Part shown: one piece after another, positions 38,601-50,700 of the stretch
Layout: every line of letters starts with the position of its first letter
Numbering within the stretch: position 1 is the stretch's first letter
Assembly (NCBI GenBank): GCA_051294905.1
Contig: CM119372.1
Coordinates: forward strand, 1,612,001-1,676,000
From: Botryllus schlosseri
Taxonomy: Eukaryota
Reading direction: 5' to 3'
DNA: 64,000 bases
The notes under the pieces: generated by a model
What the model saw: only the letters and a program-made list of their open reading frames with translations
What the model was told of the DNA's origin: nothing
The model's database searches: none
Position numbers and translations under genes: made by a program

Positions 38601-41154
38601 ACGACCATGATGAAGGCACGTCGATAAACATATCTCATTACGGACGCTCTGTTCGTGATATTGAACACGTGAATTCGCCTTACGACTTCAGAAATGCTTC
38701 TTGGGCATACAGAACGTCAATATACAATTCAGTAGTATATTTATATTGAAATAAACCGGAATATTTTCGGGTGACGTTGGAAATATATCACCCGCCTGTC
38801 ATATGCTCATTTGCTTAAAATTGGAATAGTAGATTCTACATTTCGTAGTTATTGCGGATATACACCGTAATCGTGGATCATTGTATTGCTTAGTGCAAGA
38901 CACACTTCTAGCGGAAAGAGTGTGTATCGTGTACCACCTCTTATAGACGGGTGTGAATAAACAACCACGGCACAGAAAACCAGAACCTTCCTCAGACTCA
39001 TACCGCGAGTACCACACTTTTCGTTTGCCACTCATGTCGGCCCTTTGGGTGTGAATTCACACTGGGTTCTCTAAGAATGCATAATTTTCATAGTAAATTT
39101 CTCATCGATAAATGTGTCCAATCAAAATAGATTTTTTTGCATTACCGATTCGCTCTCTCACTCTCACAAAGTCGCATAAATCCATATTGAATCTGTATGG
39201 CCGAGTAACCTGCATTGGTGACCGATATCCTATTGCATCGTTTTGTCATTACATCTCATTTCGTGGTAGCAAATCTTTTAGTTAAATAGACAACAACAAT
39301 GCACATTTGGACTATTTAGTCCAATCTCGTATAATTAGAGCGTAATACCAGTAAACATCTATTTTAATCTAATTTGCGAAATGCTTTCACGGTCTTATTT
39401 TCATTCTATTCTATAGTTTCTTGATTTCCTGAAAATGCCACAGTAGCACTGTATAGAGGGGAACGGGTCAAGTTTGGTGTACCCCCGTTTACCATTCTCG
39501 TGCTTATGATATGAGATGAAATTGATTTCTGTCGCATGTCGTTCGAGTTTGGAATATAATTCAATTTCCAACTTTTTACAAATTCAGCAATGAATTCGAA
39601 TCTAAATTGGAACAAAAGTGGTTAGGTGTAACTTTGATTAGGGTTGCATTTAAAACAAACGGTGTTTTAAAACACTTTGTTTAAAACATGTTTGAAACGG
39701 TGTTTTTAAACAAAAGCCTTTTAAAAAAATGTGTTTTTTTAGGTTGTAAAATTATGCCATAATTGTGTAAATACTTTTCAAAACATTTGTTGTATGAGCC
39801 TACGGACAATTACCACCGATATAGCCGACGTATATCGATATGGAATGGCTGGTACCCTCATAATATTGTCGGTTCGACAGCAATAGTACAGATACTTCGT
39901 CAAATAAGCAATATTTACCCTATATGTTCAATAGTCAATGTCAATCCACTATGACGTCATAATTTAATATTGGTGTCGTCATGGCTTTAAAAAAAATTAA
40001 AAACATGTTTTAAACAAGGGCCTTGTTTTAAACACGTTCGTTTCAAATTGATTTTTGTATTAAATGCATACTTAACTGCAATTCTAATCTAATTTTTAAA
40101 CGCTAAAACTTATGCAGTTCTTCAACAACAACAACAACAACAACAACTAGAGAAACAACCCACCTGTCATTGGGGTGAAATCGCCTCCTCCGAACAGCGA
40201 CCTCGCTCCCAGATTCTTGTAAGTGTCCGTCATCTCTTTCGTGAATTCGATCTTGAATTTGGGAATAGACACCACCACTGTTTGCATCTTCCCGTACTGA
40301 TTCAGAGCGTGCAGCACGTTGTCTGCCAGCGAGTTCTCCATATGCACCAACCCGTCTCTTTTCTTGGGTAACAGGATGATCATATAAGCCGCGTCTCCGT
40401 TGTAAGGCAGCTCTATTAAACTGAACACATCGTTACTCGCGTATTTATACATTCCCTTGTTGTTCATGAAGGTTGATTTTACTGGTGTGTTTCCATCTAC
40501 GAAGAAATCAGCCTGCATAGTGCGTCTAGGGTCGAATTGTTGTTTCCAAGAGTCTTTAAAGTAAATAGCGTTCGCCAAAACTACCTCAGTCATAGGACTT
40601 ATGCTGTTGGGCGGCAGAACATCCTTCAGTATTCCGTTTGTCTTCTGTTCAATCCATTTATTGATGATCATTCTCGAGCGTTCCGTATCGGACTTGTAGT
40701 TTAAAGTCTGTACAGTGCTGCCGTAGTACATTTCCGCCATTCTGGTGTAGTTATCCCGCATAACGAATTTAGAATCTGGAAAGATCCTGTCCGCTACTAC
40801 GAAAGAAACGTCGCGCGACTGCTTTTCTATGTACTCCCGCACCCTGCGATGCGACTCGTGGATTTCACGCACGTCCGGGTTGCAAGCGCCGTATTGTAGG
40901 AATGTCCGCAGCTCGCGTTCCGTGTGGCCGTCAGTACCGAGCATCAGCATAGCAGTAAATGAGGAGATACTGTACGGCGAAAAGATGATGTTCTGAGCCC
41001 CTTCCGCCACGAATTCTCTGTACAAAGTCATGGATAATCTATACCCAGACTTGATGACTGAGCAGTATTCTCGCCTGCGATCCTTTCCGGATGCATCCCG
41101 CGATAATGCAAGTAGCAGTAGCACAGCAAATAAAACACTTTTCTTGACCATCAT
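35640..41154 (-). CDS. Secreted serpin (serine protease inhibitor), 401 aa, two coding exons
   Basis: Exon 1 is 41154-40164 (signal peptide MMVKKSVLFAVLLLLALS, NIIFSPYSI, INKWIEQKTNG, NAIYFKDSW, IPKFKIE) with a phase-1 GT donor. Exon 2 is 35854-35640 (HKAFIDVNEEGTEAAAVTIGAMTRSL...FICNHPFMFYIVHKDTKSILFLGRYVMPA*). Total 1206 nt. The hinge motif is of inhibitory type. Confidence 0.95.
39639..40074. mobile_element. hAT-type MITE family B, degenerate right end
   Basis: Colinear with 23115-23529. Confidence 0.75.
40123..40147. repeat. (CAA)n microsatellite
   Basis: About 8 CAA units, starting 16 nt into the serpin intron. Confidence 0.9.
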
Positions 41155-44100
41155 GTCAGTTTTTTGCAATAAAACACGTATAGTCTGGCTTGTTTCAGCG
41201 AGTTATGAGGCGTGAAAGTCGTTCAGTCTATTAATATAACCCAAGGGCGGCGATGAAGCGCCTTGGGCGTTTTAATAACGGTTTCGAACACATCAAAGGG
41301 AATTGGACTGTGTAATTGAATGCGTCATATCCTGACGAAATATCGGTATAAATAGGTCACATAATAACTACTGGGGACGGTCCGGACCAAACATGGGACA
41401 ATAGTTATTTGTATTCGTATCGATGATGTCGATTACAGCATTTTGAAGTATTCGTAATGTATAACTCTCTACAAGGACAATTACTAAACTTTTCTACTTT
41501 ATGGGGACTTGAAGATACTTTTGTGGGTACAGAGCATCAGCATACAACTGATATTCCACGTCATATTTCGTGATACGATATGTCATATACAATTTTCTTT
41601 TCAATTCTCCACCAGTTGCTGACGATTACCTCTAACGAGAGTCAGCTGAAATTATTCGGGTGCATTTCAATATGAATATATTATTCAAATTTATGAGTAT
41701 TATTGACATTGACATAAACTCAGTTTTACAGGGACTACGGCGTATGCTGAACAGGGGACAGATGCATGGTATTGACAGTACAATTATCGGATTTATGAAC
41801 CTCATTGTTCATTATTACATATCCAAAATTAGCGATCCTCAAATTATATACTATTAAAATCAAATATCGAATTGCTACAACACAGCGATTGGTGATATAA
41901 GCACTAAATCGAAAGGGAGCTGTTTTTCGTGGTACTCGTAGTGGCTGCCAGAAATATCCGTGTTGTGTGGATTGCGTGTTGTGTGTTACGTTACGAGAAG
42001 CAATCATCGTTGTGGCACAATTTCGTGTTCAATTTGACTTATTATCCGATGGTGCTACTTGAACGAACTACAACGGTAATTGGTCAAATCGCCGGGGAGT
42101 GTTGTGCGGTGGATATATTTTGAAGCAATAAGAAAATGGCGGCACGTATGTTTACAATTCTGTTCTATTGTGCCGCAGCGTCATATCAACCAAAACAGCA
42201 AAATAAATGTGATTGTCAATAATCGTGATGCGTATTCCGTGTAATCGTAATCCTCCATTTCTGGAATAGATCGCGTGTTAATATTTCATATCTAAAGCCT
42301 TATACACAAATTAAAATCATCGTGCTTGGTCAGTTGGTCACTCCACTAACACCGTTGCACGATCGTTACCTACATTCAAAAGTTTTTTTTTCAAATATAG
42401 AAGCGACTGTGGGTGGTGAACTATGTACAAGGCTTCGTAAACAATAACACAAGATGCAGCTATGTAGAGACATGCACGATTCCAGTTTTTGAGATATCTG
42501 CATTGAATTATCTCTCCATATCATAGTTGGAAATTTTCCATTCAGTAACACGCTATGCCCCGGCTATACTGACGACGAATACGAATATATTATAGTAGTA
42601 ATTATCGATACACACATATTACGTGAATGAGCGATATAAAATTACCCATGATGGTGCAATGTGCCATGAACCATCCCGATGTTAATTTTGATCAACGTCA
42701 ATAACATAAATTATAATGGTGAAGAATATATAAACCGTTGTATATGATGTGTATTTTTGTCTGGAATTCTGACCCTTGATAAAAATCACGAAATGTTGGG
42801 TCAGTATATCGCACGATACGCGAGCAAGAATTTTTCAAGTTTGAAATCTGTGACATAAAATACTGTCTGGGACGGGGGTACTTTTGAGACAATTATGACT
42901 TGTCGGTTCAATATCAAGTAGAAAATATTTGCCACAAACGACTCTATTTTATATTAATTTGTCAAATAAGTCTGAATACCCTTCGATCTTCGACCCTCGA
43001 ATGGAGCGTTAGGAGTGCTGCAGCTGCGGCTCCACGCCAACTGTCAGCTCGGCGAAGTTGATTTTGGCTCAGATAGAGTCATATCGCAGTCTAGTGCAGC
43101 GAAACTTTAAAACATTCGATAATGTACAAAATAATATAAGATATATCATTGCTGTCGTTTGCAAAGTCTATTACGAATACTGCGTTATCTGACTTGATGA
43201 AATTAGTTTAAACCGCCTGGGGCCATGGAATTCCTACCGTAGTCATGATTGAATGCATGAATGTCGTGAAATTAGCCTTAATGTCCAGCAGAAGCACTTG
43301 ACTCATTCACAATGCAAATATTTGGTAGTTTCATTTCCGCGCACGATGAAAAGTCCATTGCACGAAAAAATGGCCCAAGTGCATTCTGATAAATGAATTT
43401 TAATGGGCATCAACTGCATTGGACAGTATCATGGATAGGAGCGGTTACTCCGATCCGAATCCTAAAGTTGATTTAGACTCCGATCCCTAAATCCCCGATA
43501 AGGGATGAGTAATGCTTCATGCAAATGATTAGTATATTCATGTCGAAATAAACCCGAATATTTTTGGTTGACACTCGTCAGGGGTAATCGTCAACCAATG
43601 GTAGAAAACTGAAAAGAACATTTTATATCAACAGTCGTAGCGCCAAATATGACGCCTCGGAGTCGACTTTTATCAAAATCCTCCAACCTAACGTTTGTGC
43701 CAACAGATGGAGTTCGTGTGTAATGTAAAGATAATACATTCTGCTTAATTTCAATACAAATATACTATTCGAAAGTATATTGAGGTTCTGTACCTCCACG
43801 ATTCTATCCAAGTCATGAGTATTGTATGTAAATTACAAAGCGAATATGATTGCTATTTCCGCTGAAACAAAATGAAATGTCTACATCGTGACAGCTAAAC
43901 ACGAAACTCGTTCATCACGCATGAATTCCACCCGAAAACTTGGTAAGATCTTCCTTTAGGCCACAGGCGCGCTCAACAAAAACCCCGAATTCGGTTCGCC
44001 TTTGGTCGTGCTATATTAAAACCACAGCTCTTGCTCCGATTTGGGTCCAGTCAAAATCTCTAACATCCGGCCAAGCTCCACTCTGGCTCCGATCTATGCT

Positions 44101-44796
44101 CCGCACAATTGGACTGCTACAAGTCAACGATGCAAATAGTTATGAGCCCTGTAATCGCTCCTTACGATTTTTGAGATTGACAGTATTTACTTACCGTGTC
44201 GAAATCTTGTTTTCTGCAATCTCATTTTTGTACGTTGTTATTGACCGCGGTACATTTGTTAGTAGGCCTACGCAATTTGATCATGGTGCGAAAGACCAAC
44301 AGGTGGTAAGTGAGAGATCGATTGGTATACCCGCTATACGTGGTCCGATTTCGCCTGTGCCTGGTTCTGAAACATGCTTGCATATTTTCATTGATTTAAT
44401 TTTATACTATCCTGGCGTATCTTTTATCCACCAAGCAACTGTGCATGCGTCTATCAAACTTGCATTTCCATTTTATCACTTTGTACGTACAGTCTACCGA
44501 CCATTATGCTACAATGTGGATTCGACTCATGCTCATTGCTCATATTTTCATCGCATTAGTATTTCAATCAGGTGAAATAGATGATAATTGATGGATTGAC
44601 AACTAGCAGAGCACGTCAGTACGCATTACAATGGAAACGCCGAAGTCGTTCGTATCTCATATATGCAGATGCAAGATCCTATCAGATCCCTTTCCGCAAT
44701 GGAACATAATCTGAATTATTTCTCTTTATTATATTCAAAGGCCTATAGTGCACCGCAATCGTTCATTTTCTTGATTCCCATACCGTCAGCATGCTC

Positions 44797-47700
44797 TCAT
44801 TCTCGATTCTCTTCGTCTTCGGATGGTCCTACAAAATGTGACACCTTATATAATCTTAAAATGGACCTCCGTTAGGAGTACTAGCACTATAAGTGTGCAA
44901 AATCGGTATCTGAGGCTTGTTGGGATGAACGCTAACGTTTTGCGCTGGTTAATTCTCTTGGGACTCGGCCAGCTGGCAAGGGTCGGGTATGCTTATGCCT
45001 GCCGGTTATGGAGGAATGATTCTAGCGCGCAAGCTAGTGAAAATGCCATATCAGTCAAGTAGTGGTCAGCCCACAGCATTGCCACAAAGTGCAAAGACAT
45101 ATAGGTATGACGAAAAAATACCAAACTATCTTTATGTACTGTGGAATCGGCATTTTGTTGCCAGAAGGAACATATTTAAAGTTTTCGTACCATCTATAGT
45201 CGTATATGAAGTTATAATGAGTGATACTTGAATACTAGGGATGGTGTGACCTCATGACGACACGTGGCGTCATATTGCTAATTCCAACTCTACATTTCAG
45301 TGAAGTGATGGCCTATATTGATGTACAGGTCCCCGATACCTATAGCGACGACTCGGGCCATATATTGCCACAATGCTGAAGTACATATTGACGTTTTAAA
45401 TTTCGCCAAATGCATCAACAGAGCCAATCAAATGATAAAATAATCCCATAAAATCAATATCTTCCCTCGCTTTGCCAACAATTTCGACGAGGACTTGGAA
45501 GGGAATATATGCTTATGCCTTAGCGGTCTAGGCCAGACCGGACAATGTAATCGGCGTATGAGAATTGCTACGTTGATATTGAGCAGAGTGTAAAACGGGT
45601 TTCTATACTTGCTATTGATATTAACCCATTAACAAGTTATACAGCAGTAGCCAACACCCCAATCGCATGGATTTGCTTTTTATGATGAAAGAAACATATC
45701 AAATCAAGATTGACCCCGTGGGCCTGCTATATTTTTTACATCAGACAACGATATCAACTTCATTGATTGGTTGAGTAGGCGTCATTCGCTGACTACCTAC
45801 ATGTAGTTCATTTCGCTCTTGAGGTTGTGTGATTGCGCGTCAAGCTCACAGCAGAGAGTCACTAAACATTCGAGCAAACTTTGGTAACAAAGCAAGTAAA
45901 ATTTATGAGATAGTCAAGGTGCATGCTCGTTTAGTGTTGATTTTTTCATGCTGCCAGCGCCATGCATATAGTGGCCCGCAGTTGAAATGTAATAAATTTC
46001 AACGAAAAGATGTTATAAGGAAGTGAAAATTGTAATGTATGAAAAAGGTTCACAGTGCAGAACCTACCAATGTTCGTTTGTGAACGTTAATTCTAAATTC
46101 CCGAGGTTCACATACAGAACGCGAACGTGAACCTCACGTTCACGCCATCCCTACCTATATTAGCATTACTCGTTTCAGATGAGTAACGTATAGTACAGCA
46201 ACTTAAGTTGACTCACCGCTGAAAACGGATTTTCATGATAAAGAAAACCTGCTAGTGGGACCAGCACTGATGCGCCGATAGCTGCGCCCGTGGTATAAAC
46301 GAAAACGTATTTCCCGGTCATGTTTGTCACTTCGTTGTCACTTCAGGTTCGTTTATGAACGTGAACCTCTAAATTTCAGAGGTTCACACACAGAACGCGA
46401 ACGTAAACCTCACGTTCACACCATTCCTATTGAATATTCTAATTGAAGCTAAGTATTTGAATCACTGAGGTACTCGATGTCACCCATCTCAAGAGATATT
46501 ACCAGGCCGTGTTATTTTTGGCATTTCAGGAGCCAGATGCCAAAACTGCCAAAAATAAAAATTCGAAAATAAGCAATTTTTGGCATATGCCAAAAATAAC
46601 ACGGCCTGCCAAATAGTGTATTTTGTTCATTTTGTTCATGGTGTTGTGTTAACAGGACCGCGTTACAAGCGAGAAGAGCGTTTCTGAAAGGCAGGTTTCT
46701 TAATCTGGTTCCTGCCTACCCATTAGGGGTGAAAGCATGGTGTTCTAAATGGTGTGGGCACAGCCAGATTGAACGGCTGACTGCATTTGGTTTCACGTCA
46801 TACTTTCCATTTGTCCAAAGGCAATCTTACGACCAGTTTTGACCGGCTTGTCGAGCGCTAAATTTGATGAAAGGGGTATCAATGAGAAGCTGCCGCAGTG
46901 CTAATTATTAAAATATAAATAATATTCTGCTCATGGAACTGGAACCCTCAAAATCAACCACGATTTTTGCATTGTGATCGAGTTAAACATAGTGACCTCA
47001 CAAACTGCCTGGCTATTTCTGAGCTGCATAGTCTCGTTTTGCGAGACAGTCTTGTTGCGTCAATGTTTTTAAACAAGCTAACCTTCCCAGGACTCTTCCA
47101 CGCGAGTTGGTAATATTAAAGCCACCTGAAGTGACAAAAGTCCTCCGAAAATATATCGGTAGACTGAAGGAAAAATGATAGTCGGGCTACTAAGTAGAAT
47201 GTGTTGAGAGACAACTCAGGAAACTCCTGGAAAAGGATCGGGAAGAAAATTCTTTCCGCGATGAGATCGATGCCACTGGCCAAGTGATCTCTTTTCATGG
47301 TGCATGGAAGCCGGTTCGGCCCTTCAAAGATTTTGAAGCTCTGAAAACCTTTTGTGGATGACTGGAAACATTCTTTCCCTCAACGGCTACTGTTGAAGCC
47401 GATATTTCCCAGATTCGCTGGGCGAGAAATGAATTTAGGAGAAACTTAGCTGACTTGACTTTGGATGCACTGTTACAGTGCAAACGATTTAAGTCTATTC
47501 AACAGCTGTAACAATCAGCTGTTGAGCGTGTTTGTTAGGCTTTTCATTTTTTTTCGCTTATTGGCACGGATTCCGATGGATACTGCACATTTTGTGGTTT
47601 CGTTTGATATTATTAATCTATGAAATCGTTAGGTTTTTTCTTCTTCTTATTGTTTATTGGCACTGATTATACGTGGATGCTGCACATTTTTGGTGTCTTT

Positions 47701-50700
47701 CGACAAACTAGCCCAAATAAAGCGTTTTTGTGACTAATTCGAGGCTGAAACTATCTATTTAGAGGACGATGCCAAAACTGCCAAAAATAAAAATCGAAAA
47801 ATGCCAAAAATAAGTTATTTTTGGCAGTTTTGGCATATGCCAAAAATAACACGGCCTGGATATAACTCATTAATGTGCGGTGAGGAATATAGATCGTATG
47901 TGTCGTCAAATCTACGATTTCCAGAATAATGGATCCTAAACGTTACAGCAATAAATATCGTGCATATGCCCGACCACTAGTCAACGACTTCACAGCTCAA
48001 ACGAATATTACCATACCTTGGACAACAGAGTATCTCTTCTTCGAGTAAGTAACTCCCTCCACGACATTAGTACCGTGACACTCGTAAACTCCGTAATCGG
48101 CTTTAGTGACGCCGTTCAACACCAAGGTCGATTGGCCGGAGGCTTTGATTTGATTCGGAACTTCAGCCCCTTTCAAGAACCAAGTGACATCCGGGGCCGG
48201 CGATCCGGACGCCGAGCAATCGATTTCGAAATGGGAAGCCTCCTCTACGACAGGGTCGTCCGCGGCAACGTGGATATCGTGAGGCTCAACTAAATAACGG
48301 TTTAATGTTTAGACAGGAGAACAAGAGTAAGCGAGTAGCAGAGTGGGAAGTATGAGTAGGGAATTGACTAATATATTGATATGAAATAAACCCGCATATT
48401 TTCGGCTGACACTCGTCAGGGGTAATCGTCAGCAACTATAGTAGAGAATTGAACAGAACATTGCGCATTACACATTGCACATTACTTTAATAAAGTATTG
48501 ATTCTTTTGTGGTAACTATGACAGTCGCCAACGTTAGGGAGCACAGCGTTGTACTGGCGTAAGGTTGTAAAAACGTGGTTGCTAAACTGTGTGGCATTTT
48601 TGTCTCAATATTGCATTCTTGTGGCCCGCGGCCTCTACGAAATTTGAAAAGTGGCCCGCGACCCTTTTTGACGATCACTGTCCTGAACACTGACATTTGC
48701 GGTGAATTATCAGTGGCTACACCTCCTGTCCAGCTAATCAGAGGTTTTGGGTTCGACTCCCGCTATCTGTATCTCAAAAACGTGACCGCTGGCGTGTAAA
48801 GTGCCTGCCGGTCCCAGGCCTGGGTATACTACAGTCAAGTCATTCTGCGGATCGCTATAGACACTGCACTTCAAATCCATGGATGGAAATATGTGTAGTT
48901 ATCAGATTTCCACCATAGCGCCGGGTTTAAATGAGTCAAATACACCAATCCTCACGGAGATATATCCCGGAGGTGTAGCAGGTTCTGTGTGCACCCCCTA
49001 TTTGGGATTTGTTGGGATGGTACACGCAAACAACTACACTTCTTGGATATATCTCCATAAGAATTGGTGTATTTGACTCATTTTCAACCTTTGATTTACA
49101 CTCCAATACGGTTGGAAGTACATCAGAGGAATACACCTATTTGCATTTACAGTATAAGCTATCACCCGCAACGCGTTGTCCCCCCAATTCATTGTTGGCT
49201 CTTAGCTGCAGGACGCAACTGCCACACCAAAAAATCGCTAAGAATGTGGAGTGCATGTGTATAGGCTTAGATGCGTTCCAGGATTTCACGCGAACCAACA
49301 ACAGCAACTAGCGAACAGCGCTAACACTAACCTCCCTCACAAACGTAAGAAAGTCTTTGATCACATTTCTCTGTTGCCGTTCCATCGACTGAAACAGTAT
49401 AGCAAAAGTCGTCGCCTCTGTCTTCATCTTCAACCCAGTACCTTTGTGTCCTAGAAATAACGAAGGCATGGAGAATCCGTTAACATGTACGGGAGATGTG
49501 ATACCGATGGATCAAAAATTGCAAAATGCTCTCTGGCCGATAAATGTCCGACGTCCGTCCAAGAACAACAGATCGTTTGCCTCAACACTTTGATCCAAGC
49601 TCTACCTACTGCGGATATATACATGTTTATTCGCCTTTTCCAAAAATGCTTGTGAACGTTTAGAATTACACTGAAGAATGGTGTTGAATTAAGAAAATAT
49701 GGGACTTGTGATCATGGGATTATCATAGAAAACTTTTTTCAAGTCTTTTGGGTCCCAGCGCTTCATGGGTTCCACAGCTCTTCTATGCAAGCTCTGATAG
49801 CTCGCTACACAAGTTTTCCAAATTGGATTAGAATCAGAATGACTTAATTCGAAAAAGCTTGGAAATTTAATTTAATTCCAAATTAGAAATAAATACAACA
49901 AAAATCAAGGTCAGCTCATATCAAATCAGAGTTCATTCTCAGATCTGGCTTGTTTCTGACGTTCTCAGGGGATTTTTCAGGGGAATTGAGGGCATAGAAA
50001 TCATTGACAAATTAGATTAGTACTAGATTACCGGCATTTCGTTCTAATAAGTCTAATAAGACAACTAGAGTTATTATCACAAATTTTAAACTGCTCCAGC
50101 TCCGGCTCCGGAGCTCTCTTTTATGATAAATTAGCTCCGGCCCCAAGCTCCGGAGCTGATTGATACCGCTGCTCCGGCTCCGTAAACTATCGAATGGTTC
50201 AGTCATGCAGTCAATAACTACACCGTTGCGCCAGGGGCCATCGCGCCGAACCGTTATTTTGTGTGGGTATGCACGGTTCTGACTGTAATCTTAAAATCGT
50301 GGGATCATCATCATCATTGGTTTATCAGCAATTTTTATCAGTTCAATGCGCCACAAAAATGCGATACAATGAAAAGACAGGGAAATGTTGAAGCGACTTG
50401 GAGTATAGTCTATGGAATCAGACACCCACCTTGGCCTAGGCGATGTAAAGAGGAGGCATGCACATGCACACTGAATAGAAGTAGAGAAGATAGCATAGGG
50501 GGGAAAAGCGACAAGAAATAGGGCGGCATGTCATGGGAAGCGAGATCGATAGGTCAGTCGTGGTCCGGTAATCTTGAGGATGGACTGTATTTATTGTTCA
50601 AGTGTAACTGCAACATAAGCGCATATCGCGACCAGAAATTAACTTGCTACCAAAGACCGAATGGGTTGAAATTCGATATTGATGCGCTCGTTACCAGTCC

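Noticed and set aside
35855..40163. Alternative serpin RCL cassette exons
   Set aside because: No second E.GT/SEA or F..NHPF-like segment was seen by eye in the intron or downstream.
43940..44575. 211-aa plus-strand ORF
   Set aside because: It has a non-ATG start, runs through repeat fragments and antisense to lectin 3' exons, and shows no recognisable motif.
45068..45139. Hydrophobic minus-strand segment (YIKIVWYFFVIPICLCTLW) as the next exon of the MFSD4 paralog
   Set aside because: It has no similarity to the transporter's last exon and lies outside the element's TSD.
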